Source of the DNA: Octopus vulgaris
Lineage: Eukaryota
NCBI GenBank assembly: GCA_951406725.2
Contig: OX597823.1
Coordinates: 113,026,001-113,090,000, forward strand
Reading direction: 5' to 3'
DNA: 64,000 bases
In this document: positions 26,878 to 40,322 of the stretch, in pieces
Layout of the letters: each line of letters begins with the position of its first letter
How positions within the stretch are numbered: position 1 is the stretch's first letter
Notes under the pieces: model-generated
Told to the model about the DNA's origin: nothing
Databases searched by the model: none
Seen by the model: only the letters and a program-made list of their open reading frames with translations
Made by a program: the position numbers and the translations under genes

Positions 26878-27483
26878 TATATCATAAAGCAAAAATGTCA
26901 TGTGTTTAGTGAAAGCTAAGACTCAGTAATTGCTATTCTGTCGTGTATTCGCCCTCGACTCACGCTCAGTTTGATAATAACAGCCTGCGCATCGGTGTTT
27001 ATCAGGGAGATTGGCCTCCAGATCGATGAGACCCACAAATGCTGCTGTTAGGACTGGGTTAGCATCCAAAGTAACCCTAACGACTAAAAAGGGTTTTTTT
27101 CTGTCCCTATATAGGATCTTTTTTCGTTGAAGGTTTATCTTGCTCAAGTCCACTCAGTTGGCCAAAATAAGTAGTAGCTGTAATTGAAAGGGGTCAGCCT
27201 TGTCATATTTTGTGTGAGGCTGAATTTTCCTGAGAACCATCTTAATGGTATGCATATCTGTGGAGTACTCAATCACTTGCGAGTTAAATTTTGTTTTCGT
27301 GTGGAAATGAAAGGTGAAAGTGACATCCAAAATTTGCCGTTTCTATGCATCGACATTTCTTTGGATCTATGTATCCACTGTCTCTTACTTTCTCTCTTTC
27401 TCTTTCACTTCCTCTATGTTCCTCCTTTCTTCCGCCTTTAATTTAACAATGTGTGTATGTATCTATGTATCTAATTTTCTTGC

Positions 27484-27740
27484 GAACTATAATTTCTCTT
27501 TTGATTGCCAATTTATTAAAAGTGTTTGTGTGAATTATGGATTATATAAACCAAAAACTTAATGTAGAATGAACATATTTATTAACTTTTATTTTCTGTA
27601 ATATTACCGACGTATTAGAATTGCAAGCGTAAACTGATAATTACATATAATTATAGCATATTAGTGGAATGATTAACTTATTATAATTCTACGATATGAT
27701 TATTATTAGCAGGATGTATTTATTAAGCAAGGCACTTTAT
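27484..27740. repeat. Inverted duplication, arm 2
   Basis: Reverse complement of 24699-24955. Confidence 0.92.
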
Positions 27741-28139
27741 GTCTTGCGACAATTCGTCTGTCGAAGAAAACGCTTTGGGAAAACAATCAGAATGTGTTGT
27801 GATGAATGGAAAAAGAAATAATTGCAAAATGAAAAGCACAATACAAGACTAAAAACAAGAAATTAGAGGAGACACAAAAGCAAAGAAACCATCACAAACC
27901 CACGCACATTACACCAGCACAATTACTAACATTTTCAACATTACAAATACTACCAATGTTACAAACATCTCATTAAATAAAAACGTTATAATCCAGATCA
28001 ACAACGGGATCAGTACTCCCAAGGCATCATCGATTTCGCGCCCACAGACAAAAAGAACTGAATAAGGTATATTAAAAAAAAACACTCACATTACCAAAAA
28101 TTAATGCATCGACATAACAGCGCTATTCTCATAAAAATT

Positions 28140-28781
28140 ATGAGAAACAAACTGAAAGCAAAAAATTCCAAAGGAATGGGAGATTTCCATGGGACCACAA
28201 ACAAAAGACTACAAAGCGTCTACAAATAGACAAAAGACATCTACAAATAGACAAAAGGATAGAAAATATGTCCCTCCACAGAAATATGGTACTTTGATTT
28301 CCAGACAGAGTGTTAGAACACCGAATGCCGGATATAGTAAACTTTAGGACGGACAAACAAGAGTGCTTAATAATCGACGTAGCAGTGCCACGAGATCAAT
28401 ATATCATCATAAAAGAAAGAGACCTGAGAATTGAGACCGCTAAGATGTGATAGCTACCGGAGTCGAATGTAAAAGGTATCTCTATTGTCATCGGAGCATT
28501 GGGTTCAATACCACCCAATCTGAGAAAAACATCTGAAAACCTTAGAGATGCCCTACAATCTAGGTGTTTTGTAAAAGTCGGCATTACTTGGAACTGCATG
28601 CATATTGCGTATATAGTGTCTGTCTGAGATCCTTGTTGTGACTTGAGAGATAGTGAAAACCCCAGTAGAGACAATATGCCTTCAATCAACAAACTTACGA
28701 TATCGTATACTGTGCGACATTAATAATAATAATAATAATAATGATAACAATAATAATAATAATAATAATAATAATGATAAC

Positions 28782-28846
<65 letters not shown>

Positions 28847-28880
28847 TGATGATGATGATGATGATAATAATAATAATAAT
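28140..28880 (+). mobile_element. R4/Dong-type LINE 3' end (restriction-like endonuclease) with (TAA)n tail
   Basis: Degenerate DRVLEHRMPDIV...CLIIDVAVPRD...DLRIE...IVIGALGSIP, followed by a short UTR and a long (TAA/TGA)n tract. Confidence 0.85.
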
Positions 28881-28979
28881 TAGCACTATCTTTATCTTCA
28901 TTTTCTATAGCCAGACTATTTCGTACTTAAAAGGGTTGTATTTATATATCCTTTCCACTTTCTTCTTGACTATTCGTGG

Positions 28980-29890
28980 GTCAAAGGAGCATGCAACATC
29001 AACTGAAATTAACAATAAAGATTGCCACAATTGGCCTAAACATCTACCTGAAAAACTCTGATGCCTGGATGTTAAAGCTTGTGTTAATGCATGAAGACAA
29101 GAAAGCACCATTCTCAGTAACAAAACAGGCAAAGGAAGATCTAAGTGAAAGCCAAATACAACAGATCCCAGAATTAGACATACTGGAAACAAGCGCAGAA
29201 AAAGCTAAGCGTACGAAAACCGGTGCTAAAACTGCTGCCTTAGATATTCTGAATGAGAAATGCCCCAAAAACCTCTCAATAGCAAATACCCAAAGTGAGA
29301 TAATAATGCCAATATTGACAAAGCCCTTATCCCTCAATCGTTACTGTCTTCTGGCTTAAAATCAGAAAGAGAAGGGTTTATCGTAGCAGGCCAAGATCAA
29401 TGCCTACCTACAAGGAGCTACCAGACCATCATATTAAAGAACGGCAGTAGCCCAAATGTCGTGTACGCGAACAACAAAATAGAACTATTGAATATGTTGT
29501 CTCCATGTGCCTACGAAATATCTCAACAGGCATGATAGGGCAGCACAGAATATTCACTGGGTAATTTGCAGAAGCCTGGACTTGCCCCATGATAAAAACT
29601 GGTGGGAACACAAACCACCTCCAGTGCTTGAAAATGACCACATCTCACTCCTCTGGAACTTGACTGTTGAAACTGGCCGAAAGATAGAGGTGAATAGGCC
29701 AGACATTATATTGAAAGACATCAGACAAAAATCATGCCTCCTCATTGACATGTCTGTTCCAATCGACGTAAATGTGTCTGTCAAGACCGACTAAAAACTG
29801 AGCAAGTGTAAAGATCTTGAAATAGAATTGGCAAAATGTGGAACCTGAAGATTGAAAGAATACTTGCTGTCATTGGTGCCCTATGAATGG
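28980..29890 (+). mobile_element. R4/Dong-type LINE C-terminal fragment (Zn knuckle + RLE)
   Basis: GLKSEREGFIVAGQDQCLPTRSY, YLNRHDRAAQNIHW, WWEHKPPPVLEN, NRPDIILKD...LIDMSVP...KDLEIE, VIGAL, with frameshifts and stops. Confidence 0.9.
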
Positions 29891-29949
29891 TAGAAAATGA
29901 GGCTTTCACGTCATTTTTGGTGGATACAAGATTTACTTACCTCCATACC

Positions 29950-31165
29950 AACCGAGAACAGGGGGTTGAAACTTCGGTGTTGTTCCAGGGAGGACTGAAT
30001 CTGGAGATGAGAGCCATCTTCCTGAGCTCAGAAGGTAAATTGGGGATCCTGGACGTGAACAATTGTAACGTGGATGCTTTTAGACTGGTCCTCCCAGCTT
30101 TGACTGCGACTGGACAACCAGACTTATTCAGACGTCTGCAGGATTTCCGGGGAACATCTCGACCTTAAATGTTAACCGGTGACTAGAACGCCATATTGAA
30201 AGGACATCTAGATTATGTAGAGCTAACTGTTAGAAGAGGGTGTGCAAATGCCTCACAAATCTGCTCAGACGTCTTCAAGAGTCTGGCAGGTAACGACTGA
30301 ATATCCTGAATGTGCTAGTGTGGACATGGAGGAACCGCATCGGGTCACCTAGGTCGTATCCAGATAGAATAGTCTGTAGACCAGTAGATAAGGAAAGCAT
30401 AAATTTTCCGCTTTCAAAATGGTCGGCTGCACAGATCACAAATTTCTGATCTGCACGGTCGACCTAGATAGGCATCGTATGCAGGGATCCGGCCAGAAGG
30501 ATCTAAACGCGTCACTCCCTGCATGCCAAACTTATAGACACCAGAACATAGGATCAGTTAAGCGGGTCTTAACGGGGTCAGTCCTCAACAGCAAATGATG
30601 GTTTGATCTGAAAGGGAAATTAGAGTAGAATAGATTAGGTTTAGTAAGGCAATAGCAATACAAAGAAATAGAATAGAGGGAAATTTAGAAATTCAGAAGA
30701 GGTGCTTTGATGTGGGCTTGGCTGCGAGGTTTTTCCTAAATCCTCGCAGCCAAGCCCACATCAAAGCTTTCAAGTTACATTTGAAAAAGTATATGAGGGT
30801 CACAGAGGGAAGAACTGCTCTCAGAAATTTTATTGGAAGCTGGATGGATGTTGCAAGAATGGTTCGATTGAACGGGCCTACTCTAAGCATTCGCCTGTAG
30901 ATTGAAGGAGACCCATATGGAGAGGGCACTCGCTCTAGTAGTCAGAGCCACCGATGTTTTATGTGGCTTCCATTAGAATTTTTAGCAAGTCTCTCGCTTT
31001 TGAGGAATTTTTGGTTGTTGAAATGTATATTACAATCGTTTTTTACTGCTTACACCCTTCTACATAAGTAACCTCACATGGATTTCTCCTTTACCATTTC
31101 AAAGGTTTCTTTATTGTAAACCCTTAATCGTGGCTAAAGAAAACATTAGTATTATCATTATTATT
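29950..31165 (+). mobile_element. Tx1/L1-type LINE, internally deleted (APE endonuclease joined to ORF2 C-terminus and 3' UTR)
   Basis: LTGD*NAIL, WTWRNR..RSYPDRI and TDHKFL APE motifs. After a hairpin junction comes FKLHLKKYMRV...FIGSW...* and an ATT-rich tail. Confidence 0.7.
30704..30767. repeat. Perfect 26-bp inverted repeat with 12-nt loop
   Basis: gctttgatgtgggcttggctgcgagg tttttcctaaat cctcgcagccaagcccacatcaaagc. Confidence 0.95.
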
Positions 31166-31169
31166 GAGG

Positions 31170-31372
31170 AAATGATCCGTCTGATCGTTTACGTGCTGCA
31201 AAAATTGTATACCGTCATTTCTTCTGGCACTGAGTTCAAATTCCGCCGAGGTCGACTTTGCTTTTTATCTTTTCGGGGTCGATAAAATAAATACCAGTTG
31301 AACACTGGGATTGATGTAATCGACTCACTCGCCTCACCGAAAATTGCTTGTCATGTGTTAAAATTTAAAATC
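31170..31372 (+). mobile_element. SINE family A copy
   Basis: ctgagttcaaattccgccgaggtcgactttgc...cggggtcgataaaata. Confidence 0.8.
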
Positions 31373-32395
31373 AATATTGTCATGTACACATGCTTGCACT
31401 TAAGTATACACACTCACTCACACACACACACACACACATACACGCGCACGCACATATACACACACACAAACACACACACACACTCACACATATACACACA
31501 CACATGCACAAACACACACACCGTTTTTGTTTCTGTATCAGAGCTTATGTACGTACATACATACACTTATATACAAACCCATACATTTACATACATATGT
31601 TTGTGTGTATTGGCGTGTGTGCGTGTGTGTGTGTTGGTGTGCATGTGTCTGTATAGTCACATATATACGCGTACGAAAGTATGTATGATGGCGTATATTT
31701 ATATAAACGCTTGCAAGTTGTTTTCATTGATAGTTGACGATATAATTACAGGCAAAGCCAACGTATCATTAGTCTGCACTTCAGTCTTTCTGTGTGTCTG
31801 CCTGTCTGTGTTTCTGCCTGTCTGTTTATTCCCCACTCTCACTCCACCCTTTCTCCTTCCCCCCTCTCTCTAATCTTCATCTGTCTCTCCGTCTCCATCA
31901 GAGCTCCCTCCTTTATCGTTATCATTACGTCTTAATTCTTCTGCCAACTACTCTGTAGCTCTCTCTCTCTCTCTCTCTCTCCCATTTTTTCTCTCTTGCT
32001 ATCTCTCTCCCACTTGTATTTTCTTGTTTCTGTGACAAGAGTTGATTAATTGGCTTGGACGCTGGAGATTCTGAAGTGGTCTGCTAAAATATTCGAGAAC
32101 AATGTGATCGAAACACACACCATTATAGAATCCGTCATATATAATACAGGTAAGTACGTGTGTGTATATGTGTGTATATATGTGCATATATATATATGTA
32201 TATGTATATGTATATATATACATACATATATATGTATATATATATATATATATATGTATATACGTATATACACATATACATAAATATTTGTATATATATG
32301 TATATTATGTATATATATTTGTATGTGTATATATATGCATGTATGCACACGTATATCAATATATATATATATACAATATATTACATATACATTCC

Positions 32396-32442
<47 letters not shown>

Positions 32443-33750
32443 TATGTGTGTCTGCGTGTGTATGTGTGTGAGCGTGCATGCATCTATAATCATTGTTTAT
32501 TAACAGTTAAAATTGTGTCTCGGTTTATCAAGTGCATTAGTAAAAGAGAAACCAAATTTATGAAGTTTTACAGTCACATATCTCTCTACACGCAAATACA
32601 CACACCAAATTACTAAAACACACAGATGGACGACCGCTCTCACACTCATACCGTAGTTTGAATCCGTAGCATGTATGCTTCACAAAGCGTTTACACCGTC
32701 ATATAGGAACATGTAATTACACAGACGATGGAATGAGAAATAAGGTGGGGTTGTTGGAAATATTTTGTAATTAAAGTTTAAAAAGGTATATAAAATACAT
32801 TATAAATAGATGGAGGAAAACTATACAATGTGATTTGAAGTATTTTCCTATGAAATATCTCACTTTATTCAAGTGAAGAATCTTTATATAAATATATTGT
32901 TATTTAGTAGAGTCTAAATCTACATATTTACGTTAACTGATCCAGGAGACTTATATTTAAATGCTTCCTAGCCATGACCATCTCCCCAAACACATTTTCG
33001 GGGATAGTGTATTTATATCTACGTAATCTGAATTATCTTACTTTTATAAGGTGTCAGTGTGCTATGTAAGTAATTTTTGCTGCTATTTCTAGCAAATCGA
33101 GTTATTAGGTTGGTGCTTCTTCCTTGCGTTGTTCTTGGTCTGTTGTTACCCTCTTTCCCCAAAACTATCTTGATCCAGCTGACGTTTGATCAGAGCCGTT
33201 CCTTAACTGACCATTTGTCTGTTTTTAGATGGTGTCTGTTGAGGAAAACTCACCTAGTTGCTTTGTCTCTAAGAAAATACCGTGGAATTTAAATAATTTC
33301 ATCCGTTCGAATAGTCACGTTGAGGTTTCGTAATTGCTTCATTAGTGTTTGTGCTGTTTGTAAGGCAACGTGAGGATATCAAGAAAGTGAGCAGTTTCTC
33401 CATATCTATGGAAATTGATGGGGATGATGCTAATTTGAAACAGATTTAGAATTCTGTGTACTTGTAAAAAAGTGTGCTTAGATAGCAAATTCAATGGTTA
33501 AAGGAAGAATAGTGCAAGTGCTGCATATATGCATGTATATTCGTCTGATTTTATTTCTAATTTTACCGGTGAGTGTGTCACATTATAAGTCACAAAAAGA
33601 AAATGACTCTCTCCAGACACAACAGAATTATTTCTAAAATTTTTTTTCCTTAATGAAAAAGTTAGTATTTCAACGCAGTAGAATGTTGGAGCTTTGACAG
33701 CATAGTCATGTATGTACATATTTATATCGATACACATTAGCAGGTATATA

Positions 33751-34095
33751 CAGGGTGTCCGAAAAGTGACTGATAGGTTTCATTCTTTAATAACTTCCTT
33801 AACTCTACAAATAAACGCATGAAATTTTAATACAACATAAATTGCATAATGGAAATTGATATGCACAAGTCAAATTTTGCAACACCACTATATCACATAT
33901 GAAAAACGACATGGTTTAAAGTGCAGCCGTTTTCGGCTTTGCAGGCCTGTACTCTTTCCAAAGGATGTGACAGCTGCAGAAAGAGATAGAGACTGCAGAC
34001 AGAAATGTTCAGCTACAGTTTAGCTGCTAAACTAAAGCCACTTAAAATGACAAGACTTTCTTCAAGACAGAACATACCACCTGGTGCAGGAATCG
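33751..34095 (+). mobile_element. Possible Tc1/mariner 5' end remnant
   Basis: TA|cagggtgtccgaaaagt terminus typical of Tc1/mariner TIRs. No partner TIR was found. Confidence 0.4.
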
Positions 34096-34929
34096 AACCT
34101 TAAGGTCGTGAACACGATTTTCATGTAAGTGCTACAGGCCCTTACAATGACTTTGAAATTTTATTATGTAAAAGTGACTTTTTGTATTGTTCTTGCTATT
34201 CCTCCGACAATGCATTTGTATTTAACTAGCAATTTCCATATCTATCGACTTACAATCAGTGTTAACTGTAAATGATTTTAACTGTTCACTGTATTGTCAG
34301 ACAATGATTTATTAAAGGGACTTTATTTATTTAATACACATATTGTGTTATAAATATTTCAATGGAAGCTTTTTTTGAATATTCTTCTTCCCGGAAATGA
34401 TATACAGAAATGGAAAAACAACATATACATGCTATATGATGAAACAAATGGCAAATAGTATTCCAACAGAAGTGTGATAAAGGAAATAGCACCATTTATT
34501 GGGAAATCAAAAATTACACCTTTATAAGTTGATGCACGATATAAAATAATTCCATAACCATTTTGGAAGAAGGTATACTTCCGTAATTTATGTATTTTAT
34601 ATGTTTTCATGTTATATATTTAATTTGGAAACAATTGTAAGTTGTCACGCTTACAATGTGCTAAGGAATATGGAGAAATAATACAAATATAATTATACGA
34701 ATTATTGCAAGCAGTGCTACACAATGATAAGGAGCGACTGAAACAGATAAACTCTTAAGTGTAAACAAGAATAGTAAATATAAACAGAGGCGAAATATGG
34801 GTCAATTTCCAATTTCAGGAGTGAGTTATCAATTTGACTTCAACCTGCCTTATCATGATACTTCACATCCTATAGGCTATGGGCATAATCATATCTGAAG
34901 CCGATACCCACATCTGCTTAAAATTGATT

Positions 34930-35392
34930 TGAAATTTTGGCACAAAGTCAGAAACTTCGAAGGCGTGGGCAGATCGATTACATTGAAAACAGTGTTGAAA
35001 TGGTAGTTGATTTATCGATCCCGAAAGTATAAAAGGCCAAGTGGATATCAGCGGAATTTGAACTCAGAAACTATAAACGGACGAAATACCGCTAAGCATT
35101 TTAACACTGGCGTGCTTAGCGATTCTGCCAGTTAGCCACCTTACGTCTGCTTAATATTACATTTCCACACGTAGGGCAGTGAGTTGGCAGAATCGTTAAC
35201 CACGCCGGACAAAAGTTTAGCGGCGTTCTGTCTGTTTTTAGATTCTGAGTTCAAATTTCCTTGAGGTCGACTTCTCCTTTCTTCCTTTAGTTGTCGATAA
35301 AATAAGTATCACTTGGGCACTGGGGTTCATGTAATCGACTTACTCTCCACCCAACAAAATATCTTGCTAAGCTGTGCCAAAATTTCAAAAAA
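34930..35392. mobile_element. Head-to-head pair of SINE family A copies (minus 34930-35143, plus 35175-35392)
   Basis: gattctgccagttagccacc on one side and ggcagtgagttggcagaatcg on the other, ~30 bp apart. Confidence 0.82.
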
Positions 35393-35506
35393 ATAATACA
35401 ATTCCACAGATTTACATCATTTCATGCTCGCACACACACACATAAAAACTCTTAATGTGGTAAGAAGTGTGCAACACACACATGCACACACACACGCACG
35501 CACACA

Positions 35507-35556
<50 letters not shown>

Positions 35557-35565
35557 ATATATCTA

Positions 35566-36140
35566 CAGACAAGCAGGGAGTAAATAGACACCTTTAATTT
35601 TCAACATTTCTGATCTAAGCGTCTTAATATGTTTTCAGCCGTGTAGAATTTACAATGTAATTACGCATTTTCATTCCAGATGCCATTATGTTAAATATTT
35701 GCGAAGAGTAACCCTGCCATGCACAAAAATTTCAGCAGAACTGTCAAATTTTATAAAGAGGTTGTACTGTTGGGCAAACTGAGGCTGGTCTTAGCCAGTG
35801 AAAAACTGCCGAAGATCTTCAAATTCCTCTTGCTAGTGTTAATATAATTATAGTGCAATTCAAAAGCCAAAGAAAAGAATCAACAGATTCTCGTCCCAGC
35901 CGACCTGGGCCCACAGAAAGAAAGCTTCGCTGTTTGAAGAGAATTGTGGAAAACGAACCCCGTTCGAATGCTTCTGACATTGCAAAACAGCTAGAAGTTA
36001 GTCCAAGAACGTGTGTTACATATCTGCATGAGGCTGGATATTATGGACGAGCAGCTACAAGAAAACCTCTCCTTCAACCAATTAATATCAAATAAAAGAC
36101 TTTGAAAATTAAAGGTGTCTATTCATTTCCTGCATGTCTG
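35566..36140 (+). mobile_element. Internally deleted Tc1-like transposon
   Basis: ~39-bp TIRs (cagacaagcagggagtaaatagacacctttaattttcaa / ttgaaaattaaaggtgtctattcatttcctgcatgtctg) and an HTH fragment ...IAKQLEVSPRTCVTYLHEAGYYGRAATRKPLL. No DDE domain. Confidence 0.9.
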
Positions 36141-36142
36141 TG

Positions 36143-36665
36143 TATATACTGACAGGGGAGATAACCATGCATAAGCATCTCTAGGATCCTTAGACTAGAC
36201 TAGTTTCGCCAATCAACCATAGTTTCGATGGTATGGGCACATCCGGCTGTCAGTGTATATATTTTTACCATGATAAGTTATGACTGATTTAGCTAAATGC
36301 TTATGCGTATATTGAATATTAATATAAACAGCTCGGCGCAATATAACACCTCAAACGAAAAATTTTATCATCCCTTATTGTGACTGAAGGTGCCGAAATA
36401 CCTATATTGCAAAAAATAAGTGACGATAAAATTTTTCCTTTATGGTATTATATTGCGCCGAGATGTTTATATTTATTTTTAAGATACGCATTAATATTTC
36501 GCTAAATCAGCCATAAATATTTAATGTAAAATATATACACTGACAGCCGGATTCAGCCAATCAATCGAGCGTTTGTATAGTCCCTGCTGAGAGGCAAAAC
36601 TAGTCTATTCTAGTCATCCTAGAGTCTTTCATGGGGCTGTCACCTCCTCTGTTAGTGTATATATA
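36143..36665. repeat. Fold-back (long inverted-repeat) element, MITE-like
   Basis: ~235-bp imperfect arms (atccggctgtcagtgtatata / tatatacactgacagccggat; ctcggcgcaatataa / ttatattgcgccgag) around a ~35-bp spacer. Partial inverted third copy at ~36700-36805. Confidence 0.8.
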
Positions 36666-36841
36666 TTGCGCCCTTCTTACAGCGTTAAGATCTTTTAACA
36701 CTTATTTCTTGCAATATATGTTCTTCGGCACCTTCAGTCCCAATTAGGGACGTTAAAAATATTCCTGTATGGCATTATATTGCACCTAGCTGACTGTATT
36801 AATATATATATATATGTATGTGTGTGAGTGTGCGCGCGCGC

Positions 36842-36893
<52 letters not shown>

Positions 36894-36940
36894 GGAAACA
36901 GTCAAGATAGAAAATGCTAAAATAATTTTATAAAAAACAA

Positions 36941-36983
36941 TTTCGGTACCGGTTTCAGTCATTGAGACTTTTTCAACTGTAAC
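36941..36983 (-). ncRNA. Minimal hammerhead, U3-A8 core variant (copy 1)
   Basis: cag TTGAAAA agtc-tcaat-gact GAAA ccgg TA ccg, in a repeat (36895-37095) homologous to 55870-56085. Confidence 0.55.
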
Positions 36984-38194
36984 AATTAAATATTAAATAA
37001 TTAAATTTAGAAAAATTAAAAGAAAAGTTTTTTTAAAAGAATATTTGTAGAGTGTTCAAATACAAGTGGAATGTTCCTTGTTTCTGCCTGTCTCTGTCTC
37101 TCTTGTTTACTCTTTCGGGTTCGAGGTCGTTGTATGTATATATATATATATATATATCACAATCAAGGAATGGCCATAATAGGCCATTCACCCACTAGAA
37201 ATAACAGCCAAAGCTTCAACCGCAAAATAACATCAATTCCGCAAACCAGGAGAAAATTAAAAAAACATTTACCCTGTAATTTCTTATACGATATGTATGT
37301 ATATTTACATGTCTCTGTGCATTTGTGTATAGAATGTTAACAAGAGTTCAAATGTTTCAGAGATATTTGAACCTATAAATGCTATTCACTGCGGTTTTTC
37401 GCTTAAGAGAAAGAATCGCTTTAACACCATATTCAGCTTAGAGCTCACCCTATTGGACTAATGGATGAATTTCGCACTTGTTTCATACATCTTTTCTTGC
37501 ATTACTTCCGCCCTGGTTATCTACATGCGCAGTCAAAAAATATTCGTTGATTTACGATAACGGAAACTTTGATTTGTAATCAGTTCAGAGTTGTCTCGCT
37601 TGCTATCTGGTACTGAGAAGAGAACGAGTTCCAATAGAAAAACAGTGCTGACTATAATGTTTTAACACCTATTTGTGCTAATTGAGAATAGTTTTCAACA
37701 CAATAAACTGCAGTGCAAATACTTTAGGGCTTCAACTACCCTCAGACATATCTGAACTGGTCATCAGTTTGTATATTTTCCGTCTTGTCTCGTGCATGTA
37801 CTCACACATGTTTCAGTTCGGAAGCTTAAATATATAACCGTGATTAATATTTAGTGTTTTACAATAAAGGTAGGTTTGCTTACCTTGCTTGTCAACTCAG
37901 AGTTGCTTTCTTTTGGTGTCTGGTGCTGAAGAAACGAAACGAGTCAGAAATACATCCATCAGTCCAAACGGGCATGCTATGAGAGCTATCTATTGTAATT
38001 TAACAACTTCTTTAGTCTAAACTGTGTGTTCTGTTCCTCGGCAATCTGGTATTAAAATAATTTACAAATTCAGGTACGTTTAACATGTTTCAACAGCTCT
38101 TAATTAAGTAAAATGTATCTTAGTACTTCAGACATCAACATACACACAAACATACACACACAGAGACACACACATACACACACACATACATACA

Positions 38195-38267
<73 letters not shown>

Positions 38268-39099
38268 AGAAAGAGAGATATAGATAGATAGATAGGTACA
38301 CACACATATTGTATCTAGTGTGTGTGTACATATAGATATATCGATACATGCAAACACACACACCACACACATACATTTGGGTAGGCGTGTGTTTATATAC
38401 TTGTGTGAGTGTGTGCCTATATATGTGTATGGGTAAAATATTTTATTGCTCTATAGACCACTTGAAATTGCAGGCATGACTAAAATCATTTTTTCTATAT
38501 GAAATTATATATAAGAAAAAATGAATGAAAAACACACAACAATGCAAGCATAAATTATTCTAAAATTGCCAGACGCCTACAAAGATATGGAGCTATTTTA
38601 TATTTTACTATATAAATTCAAATATTTCCTTTTGCCAAAGAATACGACATTTATTTCACTGTGTAATAAGCATATGTTGTTTATTCCCTTCTATGCAACA
38701 TTTCGGGGAAAAAGACAACTTATCAAACAATTCTGTTATTATGATTTATCATTGATATCTTTATAAAATAAACTAAAAGAAATAAATCAGGTATAACTAT
38801 TACATAATGACGTTTCGAATACCATTCTGACGACGGTGGTGCTGGCTCTGACAGTAGTGATAGTGACAGAGTTAGTGTCAAGTGTAGCTGAGCTGGTTGT
38901 ACTAGTAGTTGTACTAGTAGGTGAAGATAATACTTGGTGCGATTGAAGAAGAGAAGTAGCAATGGTGGTGAAAAAAAGGAGTAGTGGCAGTGATCGTAAA
39001 GGTAGTGGTTGCAGAATTCATAGTATGGTCGTAGCACTGGTAGTATTGATGGTAGTTATAATAATAATGTTATTGGTTATTGTTGCAGAAGCTGCATTT

Positions 39100-39632
39100 A
39101 ATCGGTGAACTGGCAGAATCGTTCGTACACCGGGCAATAATGCTTCTTGACATTTCCTCCGTGATTCGGTTCTGAGTTCAAATTCCGCCGTAGTCGACTT
39201 TGCTTTCATTTCATTTTTCGGGGTCGATAAATTGAGTACCAATGGAGTACCGGGGTGAATGTAATCGACTTAACCTCTCCCCCAAAATTTCTGGCCTTGT
39301 ATCTATTGTAGAATGGGTTACTATTATTATTAAGAGTAATAGTAGTAGTATTACAGCGGAGAGACGACAGAATCGTTAGCACGCCAGGCGAAATGCTTAG
39401 TGGTATATCATCTGCCGCTACGTTCTAAGTTCAAATTCCGCCGAGGTCGACTTTGCCTTTCATCCTTTCGGATTCGATTAAATAAGTACCAGTTACGCAC
39501 TGGGGTCGATATAATCGACTTAATCAGCTTGTTTGTCCTTTCTGTGTTTAGCCCCTTGTGGGTAGTAAAGAAATAGGTATTTCTGGGGTTGACGCAATCG
39601 ACTAGTCCCCACCCACTAAATTTCAGGGAAAG
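39100..39632 (+). mobile_element. Two tandem SINE family A copies
   Basis: Two heads (gcagaatcgttcgtacaccggg; acagaatcgttagcacgccagg), each with B-box and central domain. Confidence 0.85.
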
Positions 39633-39633
39633 G

Positions 39634-39681
<48 letters not shown>

Positions 39682-40322
39682 GTTGTTGTTGTTGTTGTTG
39701 TTGTTGTTTTCGTTGTTGTTGTTGTTATTATTAAGAGATAAGATGAGCACGATATTATTTGTAATATATATAGGGACTGACTGTGTTCATTGAGTTGAAT
39801 AATATTTTGACAATAAGTTTATCTTCCTCGGTTTCAAATGAAAATTTTTTTTAAATGCATAGAAACATAACGTCAAAATATGAACAGGAATATCTTGCAT
39901 TTCTATTTAAACCAATGACTTTTCCGTAACTGGTAACAAGGAAAAAGAAGAAGAAAAGAAGAAAAAAAAACAGAAAAGCGAACGCTTGGTCAAAATATTT
40001 AGAGTAAATGTGATGGAATTCTCCCGTCAGGCTTGTTTCATTCCTCCAGGGCCTGGCGTGAGTAATTCACAAGCATGTATATCCTCGTGTGTTTTGAGGA
40101 CTGAACCTGTGGTACAGTCAGTATATATTTTCTGAGACTGTGCAGATTTACAGCCGTTTGATGGAAAATGTTTGGCAATTTCCGTCTAACAACCTGACGT
40201 CATAACAATGTCCAAGATCAAGTTACGTTTGTTGCATTCCGTTGTACACATCAAAAGGTAATCAATACAGATCCCACCATCTGTATATATTATAACATTT
40301 CTGTAATATTTTGTATTGTCAA

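Noticed and set aside
33030-33072. 15-nt micro-exon (aag|...|gtaagt)
   Set aside because: Weak AAG acceptor and it lies in sequence resembling a dispersed repeat tail (similar to ~61170).
37920-37950. ctgaaga aac gaaa cgagtc as a hammerhead
   Set aside because: No stem II possible; it is part of a diverged local repeat (also at ~37600).
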